Of a stretch of 64,000 bases of DNA, positions 39,533 to 54,500 are shown piece after piece. Both the position numbers and the translations under genes were made by a program. Source of the DNA: Heptranchias perlo. Its lineage: Eukaryota. The stretch is taken from positions 43,958,001 through 44,022,000 of the forward strand of contig NC_090344.1 in assembly GCF_035084215.1 (NCBI RefSeq), in the 5' to 3' direction. The notes below the pieces were generated by a model. The model did not search any database and had not been told where the DNA came from. It saw only the letters and a list, made by a program, of their open reading frames with translations. How positions within the stretch are numbered: position 1 is the stretch's first letter; the number at the start of each line of letters is the position of its first letter.

Positions 39533-42139
39533 ACAATGTGGAGATTGGTAAATCCACAGTACTGAAAGCACTGACTTGGTCTCAGCAAATGTTTGTAACT
39601 GTGAACTGATATTCCACTCCCCTTTCTGGAGTTCATGATACTATTTTATAATGGTGTTTGTGATTTGATTAACGCTTCTGTCCATTACTATATGATCATT
39701 TAATTTAATGATAAGCACATTATGACTGAATTAACATGAGTGATAATTCCACTCATTATTTCTCTCTGGCTTTGTCTCATCTCCATACAGCTTGCCCCCA
39801 CCCCTTTTTTTGATTGTATTAATATGGCCATCTACATCGTCACGTTTGGACTAATTTATAATCAAAAGATTAATTGGTTTGTTTTCCCTTCAGATGTTAA
39901 CTGACCTGCTTCCAGAATGTTCTGCCTATTGTATAGACTTCCAGCTTCTGCAATATTTTGCTTTTTCTGGAAATTCATGGTAAGTGGTTTTTAAATGGTT
40001 AAGTTGAACTCAGCTTTCTGTGAATCAAAATACTGTACCATCATTGTCCACTTGAGGGAATCTGTAAGCACAGACCACAATAGCAGCTGATAGCAAGGTC
40101 CAGATGACTGGAGTCATCCTTGTTGAGGACAAATTTTAAGTTGGATTAGAAACTTCATTATATTGAAATTAGAAGCAACACAAACTCTGTGCAAATCTGA
40201 GTAATTATGCAAAAGTAGTAGAAATAAATACAGATGAGGGAATTCATTTGACACATCTGGCTTATCTCTCGACAGATATCGACAGAAGCCCTCCCTCCTC
40301 AGTCACAGCATTATCCTGGTTATTGAGTTTTTGCTTCCATGACTCTACCCAAAAGTCCAGTCCAGGTAGTGATCGTTCTTTGTGAAGTGCTTCCTGATTT
40401 CAGTTCTAAAGCCTTTCTAAACCCTCTGCCTCCTTTTTACTTGGATCCACCTTTGTCCCAGTGTCCTGCAGATATATTGTAACTGAATAGTGCTCAGGAT
40501 TAAGTGTTCCTATTTCCATTTCTATCCTGTATCCATCTTTTGGAATACATTGACAAATCAAAGGTAGAATCGGTGTGAAGTGCTTTGGCTTCACGAAGTC
40601 TCAATTTGGAGGATAACTGAAAGCAGTACCAGGTCCCAAAGAAACCGGAGGCAGTTTCAGGCTCTGTACTTTGGTCTGGGAATGTTTTTTGGCTTCTCTG
40701 ATCAGATAAATGGGGCCACTCATTATTGAGTTAAGATTGGCAGGGCCTCCACATCCCCGGCCTTGCCGGGATTTCCACAACCTACCGCGCTCTCCCGCAC
40801 CCTCCCCACCTCCCCATTAATATCAGGCCATTACCTCCCTCTCCTGTGACCTCTGCAATCAAAAAGGACAAGAGCTGCAATCTCGTGGGAACACTATCAT
40901 CATCAACAACAACAACTTGCTTTTAACATAGGAAAATGTCCCAAGATGCTTCACAGGAGTGTGATCAGACAAAAATTAACACCAAGCCAAAGAAGGACAT
41001 ATTAGGATGGATGACTGAAAGCTTGGATAAAGAGGTAGGTTTTAAGGAGGGTCTTAAAGGAGGAGAGAGACGGAGAGGTTTAGGAAGCAGGGGGATGATT
41101 AGCTTTTCCAAACCTTGAGACCCATGAAATTCAAACGGGCCAAACCAGTGAGTAAAGTAATAAGGGCCATTGGAACCGAGTTGCTTGGGGTTTGCAGACT
41201 GGATTGCTTGGGCTCGTGAGTCATATGTGGCCCTTGGGCAGTAGTTTGGACATCAATGCACTAGATTCAGCCTTGACTCACGTGATGCACCAAATGTTCT
41301 GGAACAGAAATTACACAAAAAAGAAAATCAGTAAGGTGGAGAAGATAAGTACAGGAATTAGCAGGGGTGTAAATTGATCATAATTGTCACCTTGGCCCAT
41401 GAGTCACGCTCTTGTGGTAGCCTCTTAGTCAGATGGTTGGAGGTGCCATACCCCAGTTCGGCATTTGAGCACATAATCTTGGCTGACACTGAGGGAGTGC
41501 TGTGTTGTTGAGGATGCTGCCTTTCAGGTGAACTCTGTTTAGGCAGATGTGAAAGTCCCCCATGGCATGATCTGAAGAAGAGCAGGGGAGTTCTCCAGGT
41601 GTCCTGGTCAACATTTATCCTTCTTCATCACTATCTAGCAGCAACATCAGATTATTTGGTCATTGATCTAATTGTCTGTGTGGAACCTTGCTGTGCACAA
41701 ATTGACTGCTTCAAAGAGTAATTCGTTGACTGTGAAGTGCCTTGGGACATCCGAAGGATGTGAAAGGTGGTGTGTAAATGTAAGTTATTTCTTTCTAATT
41801 GTCACTGGTTTTAAACAACACTGAGACTAGCCATTTTTGCTGCAAGTGAGAAGTACAAGTGGAACATACTTCTTGATCTTGCAAATGGGATTTCCAAATA
41901 AAATGTCGGCTGAAATGATTAATTATTATTTGTACTGCCAATCTCCAGCTTTTTCGACAGTACATAGTAAAATATTGAAGAATGAAAAAAATATACTAGG
42001 TACAAGTATAACCGGATTGTTTGCAATAAAAAAAATGCAACTTTGATATGTGTTTTTCTTTGTTGCTGTAAGGTTTTCACCAACCTATTCCCATCACCAG
42101 GAGCTTATTATGTTCTGATTGTTGTCTAGGAACTTTTAT

Positions 42140-42334
42140 TTCGGGGCGAAGTGGTAGCCGGAGGAAGTTGTTGCGGTGGACCTGCCGGAAGTGCTTTGGA
42201 TGGAGAGAGCTACCGCAAACGGGAGAAATTTACAACAATAAATCCACTCGGGACCGGATTCAGGGTCTGAAAGGCAGCACGGAGGAGGGGACCAGCCCGG
42301 CCGGCGTTTCACTGTCCCCGGCGGCGGCGGCGGC
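42140..42334 (+). promoter_or_regulatory. NUDCD3 CpG-island promoter/5'UTR with ETS sites
   Basis: CpG-rich; CCGGAAGTG at 42185-42193 and GGAAGT at ~42163. Confidence 0.65.
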
Positions 42335-42532
42335 ATGGACGGGCCTCCTGAGATGACCGAGATGTACGACCAGGCGCTGCTGGGCATCCTGCAGCACGTC
42401 GGAAAGATCGAGAACTTTCTGGAAGTTTTCTTCGGGTTCCTCTACAGGAAGACCGACTTCTTTCGCCTGATGGTGCTGAAGGAGGACAGGCTGGGCTTCC
42501 CGCCCGGGGTGGCCGAAAAGCTGGCCCTGAGG
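42335..42532 (+). CDS. NUDCD3: NUDCD3 exon 1
   Basis: GGCATGG start, donor GTGAGT, 198 nt. Confidence 0.93.
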
Positions 42533-45500
42533 GTGAGTGCGGCGGCCGGTGGCTGCTCGGGGGTCACTGGAGTCTCCCCTTTCGGCGCATATCAGTGCTC
42601 CGGGTGTGGGTTTGTTCCCCAAACGCCTCCAAATTAAAATTCACATCCTCCTGTTGAAATCAGTTCAAGGTCTCACCCCTCCCTCTATCTCCAAACCCGC
42701 CCGCCCGCCCGCCCGCCCGCCAGCCACTGGCCCCAACTGCCACCATGCTAAGACCAGCAAACTCAGCCCAGACTGGGAATCTCACCTGGGATCTTCCTGA
42801 TCTGTGTGGTTCAGCTATTTACTGGATGGGGAAAAAAATCATTTCCACATAAACACATGGCGAATTGAAGCTGTCATATTATTGGGGGCTTCCGAGGTGA
42901 GAAGTATTGAAATTTTCACAGACTACAATTGGAGGAGATTATTTGCAGCATGTTCAAGAGCAGCAGAGTTCACTGACGTGGCTGTCAAGCATCCCATTGT
43001 AAAGAGAGCCCAGAAAAAATGACAATTCTAGGGTAACGGGAACAATACTGACCTCAAACTGCAAGCTCTGTAAATGGTTGGTTTATTGTCAGAATTGCCA
43101 ATGTGCATCATTGGAGTCAAAGGGCCTGGGCCTGTCCTGTCCAATCTTCATTCAAGTTTGCACCAGTGAGTGCCCAGCAGAGCTATTCAGGCTGAGGGCC
43201 TTGTACCCGTTCACTGAACCATGACAAGGAAAAAACATTCACAAGTATTTCCCGACAACAAAGAGAGTCGTCTTATTCTCTGAGCTGTTTTTCAACACAT
43301 CTGAATCCAGAGATTGTGTTGACAGCCTTGGCTTGTGCCAGTTGCCCAGGGCAGTATCGACCAGCAAACAAGGGACGGCCAATTAAATGAGCCTTCTGGG
43401 TCTGAATTGCTTCTCACTATGGGCCCTGAAAGCTAGAGAAGTGGATTTAATCCGTCATAAACCCATTGAGGGTCTTGAGCCATTTCAGAACACGTTCTCA
43501 ACATGAGGAAAAGGTCAATTAAAAACTTTTTTTGAAAACCTGTTCCTGCAAATCACAGTCACTTCTATTACCTTTGAGAGTTTAGAAATAAGCGTGTGCT
43601 TAATTTACTAGGACTGTTGTCAAAAAAATTCCTTTGGAATAGTCATTATTCTGTGACGTCACATTATTTTAGATCCTGTGTTCTTGTGTTTCCCCATAGC
43701 ATTTTGTATTTTCATTCAAACCTTTTGCGAAATTCTGCTTGCCTTTTGTCCTTTTGGTCTCCAGCTCCCTCACACAATCACCAGTTTTTTGTAAATTTCT
43801 GTTTGGATATTAGTTACAAGTTTAACCCAGTTGAAAGCCATTATGTTGAATGCACTTGAGGTCAAGCACATTTAGGATGCAGCTGTTCCCACATGCAGCT
43901 TCAAAGACGAGCACGAGATTGCTAATATGACTTCAATAATACATAAGTGGCTTCAAACACAGAAATAGGTGGTAATTTTATTGAGAGAGAAGCTCGCACA
44001 GTTTAAATGAATGCTCCAACATGCTTTGCTAAAATAAAAGCGTATTGTTGATTCATCGTGTACTTCAGGCAGGCCGTAAGCCGTAGGGAAAATTGGAGGG
44101 CCAGTCATGGGGTGCTCTTGAGCACTTTCTGGAATTGGGTTAAAGCCAAAAGCCCAGAAGAACATCCCCCTATTGCACCAGTATTGTGATTTCAATTCCC
44201 ACAGCAATCATCTTTGTGGAATAAGGTACTGCGTTATGGCAGTCTGAGACAGTAAACTGACACCCATGGCGATCTGGATTTAGGTTTCCTAAACTCATTC
44301 TGCATTGGGCTCCATCACCTGATCGAGGTTTTCATCTCTTCAGTCTTGGCCGTAGCTTCCACAAGGAAAAGGGCAATGTTCTTGCTAACTGTATCAGCCA
44401 GTCCCACAGCAACAAAAAGTCCTTCAGTGATTTTACTTCCTATTAACTGGATGTCCACTGTTTCAGGAACAGGAGTAGGCCATTCAGCCCCTCCAACCTA
44501 TTCCGCCATTCAATTAGATCATGGCTGATCTGTACCTCAACTCCATTTTCCCGCCTTAGCTCCACATTCCTAACAAAAATCTATCGAACTCCGTCTTGAA
44601 AGCAAATGGGGCCAAGTGCAGCCAATATTGTTACAACTCTTTGTTTTGTTTTCAAGGCTTTCAAGAAGTTTGAATATTATTCCATTCAAGACAGTGAGAG
44701 ACGGATGAAAGAGCTGGAACAGAAACTGAAGAACAGAAAAATGGAGGAAGACAAGTCATGTGTCCCACCTCCTGCTCAGGAGGTGGAGGTTGGTTCAGCA
44801 GCAGAGGAGCTCCCCGAAGCAGTAGCAGCAGAGGTGGCTGAACAGAACGCCAAGAGCACAGAGAAAGCCGATAGAGAGATGCCAGCAGGTCCACAGCAGC
44901 CAGCCAGTATTGATGCTGTTTCTGAACAGCTAGAGGGCGCTGCTGCTGCACCAGACGCAAAACAGAAGCACTTTGATCCTTCCAAGTACGTGTGTGCATT
45001 TGTTCTTAGATAAAATTGGGAATAAGAATCAACATCCAGCTCCGAGACTGATAGTTCTGAGGACATGGGTAACAGCAGGAGCTCTTTTCTGGAGACCAAG
45101 ATGGGTTGGTGTCTCTGCACTCGAGTTCCATCCCACTACGCTAAGTAAATGTAGCAGATTCTCTGCTGCATTGCAGATATGTTCTGTCACGGGGTTGTCT
45201 CACTGTCTGACTGCTCTCTTCTTAGTGTTTATACCTGACTGAATCTGTGTCCACGGCCTCACAGCTTGATTTACTCTGAAAGGATAGGAGAATAGAGATT
45301 TTTTTAAAAAAGTAAACTGGATGCATTTTGGAAGGAAGACTGAGAAGAAGCTATATAAACTAAATAGTACAATTTTAAAGGGGGTGTAGGAACAGAGACC
45401 TGGGGATTCACAAACACAAATCTTTGAAGGTGACAAGACAAGTTGAGAAAGATGTTTTTAAAAAAAAAAGCATACGGGATTCTGGGCTTTATCAATAGAG

Positions 45501-48500
45501 GCATAGAGTACAAAAGCAATAAAGTTATGCTAAACCTTTATAAATTACTGGTTCGGCCTCAGCTGGAGTATTGTGTACAATTCTGGGCACCATACTTTAG
45601 GAAGGATGTCAAGGCCTTGGAGAGCGTGCTGAGGAGATTTATTAGAATGAAATCAGGGATGAGGGACTTGAGTTACGTGGTGAGACGAGTGAAGCTGGGC
45701 TTGTACTCAGAGCAGAGTGGTTAAGGGGAGATTTAATAGAGTTGTTCAAAATTATGAAGGGTTTTGACAGAGTAAATAAATAGAAACTGTTTCCACTGGC
45801 AGGAGTGTTGGTAACCAGAGGACACAGATTTAAGATAATTGACAAAAGAACCAGAGGGGAGATGAGGAGAAATTTTTTTACGCAGCGAGTTGTTTTGATC
45901 TGGAATGCAATGCCTGAAAGGGTGGTGGAAACAGATTCAACAGTAACTTTCAAAAGGGAATTGGATAAATACATGAAAAGGAAAAATTTGCAGGGTTATG
46001 GGAAAAGAGCAGAGGAGTGGGACTAATTGGATCACTGTTAGAAAGCACGATGGGCCAAATAGCTTCCTTCTGTGCTGTATGAGTCTATGGAGAACGGGAA
46101 GGTAATACCAGTACGGTGGTGCAGCTGTCTACTGCTCCAGAAAGTGGCTGCACTTGTGTACCTGGTAAGCTTCTGCTTTTGGTTGAGCAGTCAGGCCTGG
46201 TATGGCACTTGGTAGATGCAGGGTGTTTCCCCACAAGAGGATGGTGAAGAAACCAGAGGGCAAGTCAACTAATGCTGCTCTTGCGCGCCTCTGATCAGTG
46301 GCTTGTCGGAGGCCGCTCAGCTCCCTTCTTGGATGGGAAATGGTGTGTTGTTGTCTGAACAAGAGTTGAAGAATGGACGATGCATTGGCAAGCCTTTTCT
46401 CTTCCAAGGGAACTGTGGTCAGACTGTGGTGTTCCATTATCCACACTCAGATTGTATGCCAGATTTTTCGCAGAAGAAAGTCTTGCAGCAGGCCGCCAGC
46501 ATCAACGCTCTCTCCAACATAAATCAATATCTCCGCCCCAAGAAAAATTAAATTCAGTTTGTTATTTGTACTGCAGTTGTTTGCATTCCTGTGTCAAGCA
46601 TGTCGCTGTACCATAAAGTTAAGAACAAAAAGTTTTGACAATCTGCCAGTTTCCATCATCCATTTTGATAGATCATGGAGCTTCTGCTATACTAGATTTT
46701 AGTGGAATGACTTTTTGATAGCTTTCAAGTAGAATGAATTGGACATGCGCTTGGAAAGAGTGGGACTAATTGGGTAGCTCTTTCAAAGAGAAGGCACGAC
46801 AGGCCGAATGGCGTCCCTCTCTGTTTTAAGATTCTACGATCAGTCTGTGCCTCGTTTGTTCGCCCCGTTGTTCCTCGTGAGTACTTCCCTCGTTAGACCC
46901 AATGGAAGTGGTTGCAAGCTGCTGACAAAGAGAATGCTGAGCAGCAAGACATCTTGTGGCTGCTGAGTGGGTATAGGAGCCTGGGCACAGATCAGTTACT
47001 TAACCTGTCAATTGGGAATGATGGGGAGGGTCTCCGAGGAAGGAAAACGGATATGAAAGGAGATAGCAGGAATTTGCTAATTATTAGCATTTAAACGACA
47101 AAAGAAAATTTTTCACAGTTGGTTACATTTATAAAATGAAACCCCTACACAATAGAACATTGCTGCCAGGTTTAAGTAATTGCATACTCAGTGATTTATG
47201 ATGTGTTGGATGTCTAACTATTGACTGATAAAACCATTAAAAATACATTATTGGAGCAGACAAAACGATTAAGATGATATAAATGTTTTATTTTGTGTTA
47301 AACTCTGCTAATGCTCTTGCATTATTCATGATTTTTTGGGGGTAATGTTTTCTGAGTGCCTTGTCAACTTTCTGTTCAGAAAAAATACAAAGTAAATGGC
47401 TAAGCTTTTTGAGGAAGATTGAGGAAGAAACAAAAACACAGACCCAGGCCCATTCATAAAAACAAGTGTACATCGTATCACAATGATGAGATAAGCTTGT
47501 CTGTGCAACAATTGAAATTTCCATTGCCCTCCTCTTCACCTCCCCCCAAACTAGGCATGTAACCTGTGCACATATTTCTGTGAATCTCTTCATGCAGATG
47601 TTAAGCCCCCATGACCGGAGCAAGGGTGGTCCACTTGCTTTAAAAGAAAAACACAACTGGGGAATTGCAGTGAGTTAGTACACTGTTCTTTAACCTCTTG
47701 GTCCTGGGTTTGCATCCAGCCCAGACTGATGAGTTGAAGCTTTCCTTTCTTTGCTGGTCGTCAGGGTGATCCGTGACAGGAATTTGGGCAGCGCCAATAT
47801 AACTCTTGGTTGGTGTGGGTCCAAAGCACCAAATTAGCTCTTTGGCACCATCTTGGTAATCTCACTTTGAGGAGCCCCAAGGTAAGAAATGGAAATGTGC
47901 AGTAGGGTTCCTATGGCTTTTTTCTTCAGCTGGTTGTGAGATATGTAGAATATTTGTAGACACTGGGTGCTTGAAGTGGGAAAGTCTCAGTCTGTAGTGT
48001 TATCATCACCTTGGTAGACTTTTAGGAATGATGTGTTGCATATGATTAATTGTCTATTGGTTTGTTTGCAGGAAATGTGAGGAAAATTCCGACAGCTACA
48101 ATGGGGCTGTGAGGGACAACTACACTTGGTCCCAGGATTACACTGACCTGGAAGTGAAAGTACCAGTGTCCAAGATGATCGTTAAAGGAAGACAGGTAAT
48201 AGCCAATCGCATGCAGTCAGCACCAGATTCCAACTTGTTCGAATGAATAACCTATTTGTGCAACAGATGTAAACTTTGATTGGTTTAGAATTTGGTGCCG
48301 TGAAAATCAAAAAACAACTTGGCAAAACTCCCCGATGGCTCACTGGGCCAAGGCTCTGTCCAATGTAACACTGAGCCATCCCGCTGAAAGTCCCAGTTTG
48401 ATCCCTGATCTTGGCTGCAGCACCAGTTGGGGTGCTACAAATGGCTAAGAAGGAGAAAGGTTCCTGCTCCTGAACGCTATCCAGTAATGTCTGTTAGAAA

Positions 48501-51500
48501 GCGTGTGTGTGGACGTTGGGTATAATCGGAATCGAGCTTGGTAGTGATGTCCTCTGTGGTAGAATAGCCTGCTGATATTCACTATTTAGGCAGACAAAAG
48601 AATGGTCTCTTGGGGGTAGGTACTGAAAGTCTACCAGTGCCCAAGAAACTCTACCCAGGAGAAATTGATGCCTTCAGGAGGCGAGGGGAGAAAACTGTGG
48701 TGGAGTAGATCAGCGCCAAAATCTAACTGATCTGAGCTGTAAGAATCCATTCCAAAATACCTCCAAATAAGAAAATGATTGTGTCATCGACAGTGCTATC
48801 AAGCGGCACTTACCAATAACCTGCTCACCGATGCTCAGTTTGGGTTCCGCCAAACCGCTCCAGACCTCATTACAGCCTTGGTCCAAACATGGACATAAGA
48901 GCTGAATTCCAGAGGTGAGGTGAGAGTGACTGCCCTTGACATCAAGGCAGCATTTGACCGAATGTGGCACCAAGGAGCCCAAGTAAAAATGAAGTCAATG
49001 GGAATCAGGGGGAAAACTCTCCAGTGGCTGGAGTCATACCTAGCACAAAGGAAGATGGTAGTGGTTGTTGGAGGCCAATCATCTCAGCCCCAGGACATTG
49101 CTGCAGGAGTTCCTCAGGGCAGTGTCCTAGGCCCAACCATCTTCAGCTCCTTCATCAATGACCTTCCCTCCATCATAAGGTCAGAAATGGGGATGTTCGC
49201 TGATGATTGCACAGTGTTCAGTTCCATTCGCAACCCCTCAAATAATGAAGCAGGCCGTGCCCGCATGCAACAAGACCTGGACAGCCTCCAGGCTTGGGCT
49301 GATAAATGGCAAGTAACGTTCGCGCCAGACAAATACCAGGCAATGACCATCTCCAACAAGAGCGAGTCTAACCACGTCCCCTTGACATTCAACAGCATTA
49401 CCATCGCCAAATCCCCCACCATCAACATCCTGGGGGTCACCATTGACCAGAAACTTAACTGGACCAGCCGTATGAATACTGTGGCAACAAGAGCAGGTCA
49501 GAGGCTGGGTATTCTGCGGCGAGTAACTCGCCTCCTGACTCCTCAAAGCCTTTCCACCATCTACAAGGCACAAGTCAGGAGTGTGATGGAATACTCTCCA
49601 CTTGCCTGGATGAGTGCAGCTCCAACAACACTCAAGAAGCTCAACACCATCCAGGACAAAGCAGCCCACTTGATTGGGACCCCAACCACCACCCTAAACA
49701 TTCACTCCCTTCACCACCGGCGCACTGTGGCTGCAGTGTGTACCATCCACAGGATTCACTGCAGCAACTCGCCAAGGCTTCTTCGACAGCACCTCCCAAG
49801 CCCGCGACCTCTACCACCTAGAAGGACAAGGGTAGCAGGCACATGGGAACAACACCACCTGCATGTTCCCCTCCAAGTCACACACCATCCCGACTTGGAA
49901 AAATATCGCCGTTCTTTCATCGTCGCTGGGTCAAAATCTTGGAACTCCCTTCCGAACAGCACTGTGGGAGAACCTTCACCACACGGCCTGCAGCAGTTCA
50001 AGAAGGCGGCTCACCACCACCTTCTCAAGGGCAATTAGGGATGGGCAATAAATGCTGGCCTCGCCAGCGATGCCCACATCCCATGAACAAATTTTTTTTA
50101 AACATGAGGCAAAGCAAGGTTAGATGGCGCAACATGTTGCTGCTCCCACACCATGAGCTTCAGAGTGCAGGAAGCGTCAGTGCCCGGGCCACCGTTCCAT
50201 CTTCGTAAATGTTCTGTCAGCTGTAGTGTACATTTTCATCTCTGATTGACAGCAACCCTGATCCAGGCAATATCTGCTGAAAGCATGACAGTTTTTAGTA
50301 AACCACCTTGTCAGGGTTAGATTGTATTTGTGACCTTAGTGGATTTCTTTTAAATGGGCAGTTGTGATTCATGGTTCAGCGTTGAGAGTTATCTGGATCA
50401 CAATGCAATTGGACCACAAGCAAACAGCCCGTAAATTGTTTGCAGTGCAAGAAGCTAAATGTTCACAGGTCGGTAAATGGTGTCCCAAGTTAATCCTGCC
50501 ACAAAGGGCCTTTTGCTTTTAAAGATTTCTAGCTGCTATCTGTTGGTTGGAGGGGACAATGTTAGTTTGTGTATTTAATATGAAATGTGTAATTCCCAAA
50601 TCCTCTACTTCCAGTATTCCTGCAGACACGGCACATGAAGGTGATGGGAAGTGTTTGGTACAGCTCATTCAATAAGTATTGGTGTTTTTGAGAGCCTAAC
50701 ATGTCGGAGTTTCATGAAATACTAGTTCTGATGTGTCAACTTGGCTCAGTTGGTGACACTCTTGCCTCCAGGTCGTAGATTTGAATCCCATGACACAGTC
50801 TGGGTTTGAGCTCATAATCTAGACTGTAGTGCAGTACTGAGGGCATGCTGCACTGTTAAAGGTGCCGGCCTTTGGATGAGACTCAGATCTGATGGTTCAG
50901 GTGGGCGTTCAAGATCCCTTGGGATGTTTTGAAGAAGAGTGGGGAGTTCTCTCTGTTCTGGCCAAATGCCGGCTCTGAATGCTATCGTCAAAATGATGTT
51001 GTTCTTCCACTCCCAAATGCTATGCTACACACCAGTCCCCAATATGTGGTGGACGAAAGGCTGGTTCTTAAGCTTCTGGTAATGTTCTTCTGTTGTTGGC
51101 TGCTAGAGACTGATTTTTTTTTAAATTAGATTTTCTTCCATTCCACTTGAATGAGGAAGTGCTTCGCTCCAGCTTGCTGCCTTACTCTCACCCCCTCGTC
51201 AGATCCCCAGTAGAATGCTAATAATAGATTCAGAACGTGGCAGAGGCTGGGAATTTATCAGAGCTCTGAAAACTGAAGATTAATACGAAATTGCGCTACT
51301 GCGTGTCAAGGCAAACTAAATCTTTTTTGCCTAGCGTGAAACATAATTGGGATGTGTCACTGATGTGTAAAAATGGCACTGGAGAGAAAATGGGAAAGGC
51401 TGCGGTTTCATTTGGTCACCTCGGTTTTGTTATTTTTGTTTGTACACAGGTGTCTGTAGACATACAGAGCAACTGGCTGCGCGTGGCTGTGTTTGAAGGA

Positions 51501-54500
51501 GGGAGCGAGCGAATCCTTGTGGATGGAAAGCTGACACACAAGATCAATACCGAAAACTCCATGTGGAGCTTAGAGCCAGGGTGCTGCATCTTGGTAAGAC
51601 TGCTGACACATTACGTGGAATGTACACCACAGAAACAGGCCATTGTTTATGCTTCACATAAGCCTCCTCCCACCGCTCTTCAACTAACCCGATCAGCATG
51701 ACATTCTATTTCTTTCTCCTTCATGTGTTTATCTAGCTTCCCTGTAAATGCATCTATGGAATCAAGAGTGGGAAGTGATCAATATGTGTCTTAAACTCAA
51801 TGTGGATCCCTGGCCTGAATCACCAACAGCAAAAGTAGTTCTAAATTTCGGATTTTTTCCTGATATTACCGACTCTCGAGTGTGGTAGAGTTTCACAGCT
51901 GCCACCCTCCAGTACCTTGCCCAAGTGGCTACTTTCATGCCAAAGCATCGAGTGTCAGACCATGGAGGGGTAGCACAAGTGAAATAAGTCTGTCCTCACC
52001 TGATATCCACGTACGTACAGTTTCCAGCAGGGTCACAAGCTAGTGTTTGGGAGTGGCAACCCATGCTGCTGATCTCATTCCTAACTCGGGTGAGCTGAAG
52101 TGAGTTGGAGCACCCCTTCTGCAGCTAACTTAACACAAACTGAGCGAACCAAGCCATCTATCTATGTGGCTCACTGCTACTGACTAGTGCCTGTACCCAC
52201 TGGGACAGCAAGGCAGCTTTTATTTTATAATGATGAGCAGTACATTTATTATTTAAACAACACCATTCAGAGGTTTGAAACCATACAAACATGGCTTGGT
52301 TTGTATCAATAAACATAGTGCTCCCTTTGTTCACAGTAGGATGAGATGAATTGAATCTCTGCTTGCTGTGGGTTGTCTTTTCAAAACATGTGACTTCCTC
52401 CACTGGAACATTTAATGTGAAAATTGGAGGCTGGGGGTTGGGATGGGGGAAGGTAGAGATTATAATTCTGGGAATAATTATGGCTTTCAAGTTATGGCTG
52501 CAATTGAATTCCTTAATATAATATATGCTGGGCTCCTCTAATGATTGAGTGAGTTTATCCTGTGATTAGATTAGGAAGGTCCCAGGTTTGATTTCTGGTT
52601 TGTGCTGAGTTAGCTGATCTCAACTAGTGTGGTGGTCAGGGCATTATAATTGGCCTCACTGCCCTTGGGCGAGGGAGGAGAAAGTGAGCCCTGGTTCTCC
52701 AACTATACGGTGACCCCCTGCTGGAAAGTGCACGTGTCTAGCTGTCAGGTGAGGACACCGTCTCCAGTCGTCGAATAGCCTGACCGTGCTCACTGTCGAG
52801 GCTTGCATGTGAATAATGGCCATTTGAGCGAGTTACCATAGGGTGCCCTGCACCAGGGAATCCAAGCCAAAAAAATAGCGAACATATTTGGTTTAGCTGG
52901 AATTTACCCTCTGATGAATTTCCAGTGAATTGTCTGCATCTGAAATGTTAACCTATCTTTGCCTTGTCGTGAATGGGTCTTTGTATTTCCAGCATTTTTA
53001 GTGTGTGTTTTTTCTCCCAGATTTTTAATTTTTCTCTGTCTCTGGGATGTACTTTTTACTGATGGTTCTTTATGATTCGAGCCTTGCTGGTTCTTCTATT
53101 CACTGACAAAAGCTCATTTGCAGAACTTGCAAAAATGCACCTTGGCGGTCTGGTATTGATCTATTGATACAGCTTCTTTGTTTTGGAGGGGTTGAAAAGG
53201 ATTCAGCTACTCAGCACACTCATTAGATTGCATTTGAACTCTTGAGTGCGCACATGCACCTTTTTGCCAGCTCTCACTCTGCTCCATTCCCCTGATGAGT
53301 TTGTTGACTCGTTAGGTTCTGTTACTGTGGAGGAAATAAACTGAAATGTGCGGCCGTGTCAGCGGGAATGTTTAAAAATAACCCCGGTGTGGACACACTT
53401 TGCATCTCTCGCTTGTTGAGATCTGGATCCAAATCCAGACCTCAGAATATTTTTGTATACTGATATGTGCAAGCCTTTGTTGACTTGACACAACTCCAAT
53501 TACACAAAGATGCTCAGATTTGTTTCAAGAATAGATTTATGTTATTGGATTGGCATTTTTATTGTATTTAAGATCATTGGTTTGATGCCACAGCAGTGGC
53601 AGGTGTATGCTTGTCTTCCATGCTCCCAGCCCAGCTGTACAACCATATTGAGTTGCCAAGCAGTGAGCAGGAGCCTCCCTTTGGGGAGCAAGGAATATCA
53701 GAGGGAGAAGTGTTGCAGGTCATTTTACAATGAGTCGCGCTCGGCGCAGGGAAAGCAGAGGCATTTGGGAGAGAGTGACATATGGATTTGTGCCATTTCA
53801 CAAAAGAAAAACAGAAGTTAATAGATTGTAACACTGTGCATCTCAGATAGATTCCCTTGTGGAGAAGTGTGTCCCATAATTCGTGTTATTGTCCCCTCCT
53901 TCTGGCCTTCCCAGACAGCCTTTTTTTTAATGTGTGTGGCGGGACCCACTGAATAAAAGTAATGTTTTTGTTCACAGGACATTCACATTAAGCAACTTTT
54001 ACTGTGATACAGAACCTACAATAGCTTAAATAACTCATGGTGATAGTGATTAAAAACTGACCAATTGGGAAGCATCAAGCTAATATGTATTCTGAAGTAA
54101 TCTGCACATTTCCCTCCAGTTTCAGTAAGAAAATGGACAATCCCACTATCAGAAGTCACCAGCAGAACCCACAGCGGATTCTCGGTTTGTGACGAGCAGT
54201 GTATGTAAACAAGTGTCTGCTATGCTTCTGTGAAGAGACATAGTGTTAAAAAAAACACTTTGTTTCACTCTTAAAATGACTGCACCGAGAAACCGTGTCA
54301 ATTTATTCCCCGAGATGAGTTTCAGCCATTGCAGAAAGGGACATGCTTTGAAATTTCATTTTCAGTTGCTTGCCACATCTTTTGCTGGGTTTGATTTTGC
54401 CGCCTCCTGTTAAAAACACGGAGAGGTTTCTTGAAATGACTGATTGACAATATGCACGCTAAGGAGCACTCCAAGATGAACCCTTTGAATTGCATTGGTA

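Noticed and set aside
48920-50038. 372-aa RT ORF as a domesticated host gene
   Set aside because: It is a 5'-truncated copy of a multi-copy LINE, with two other copies in the window, a non-ATG start and upstream frameshifts.
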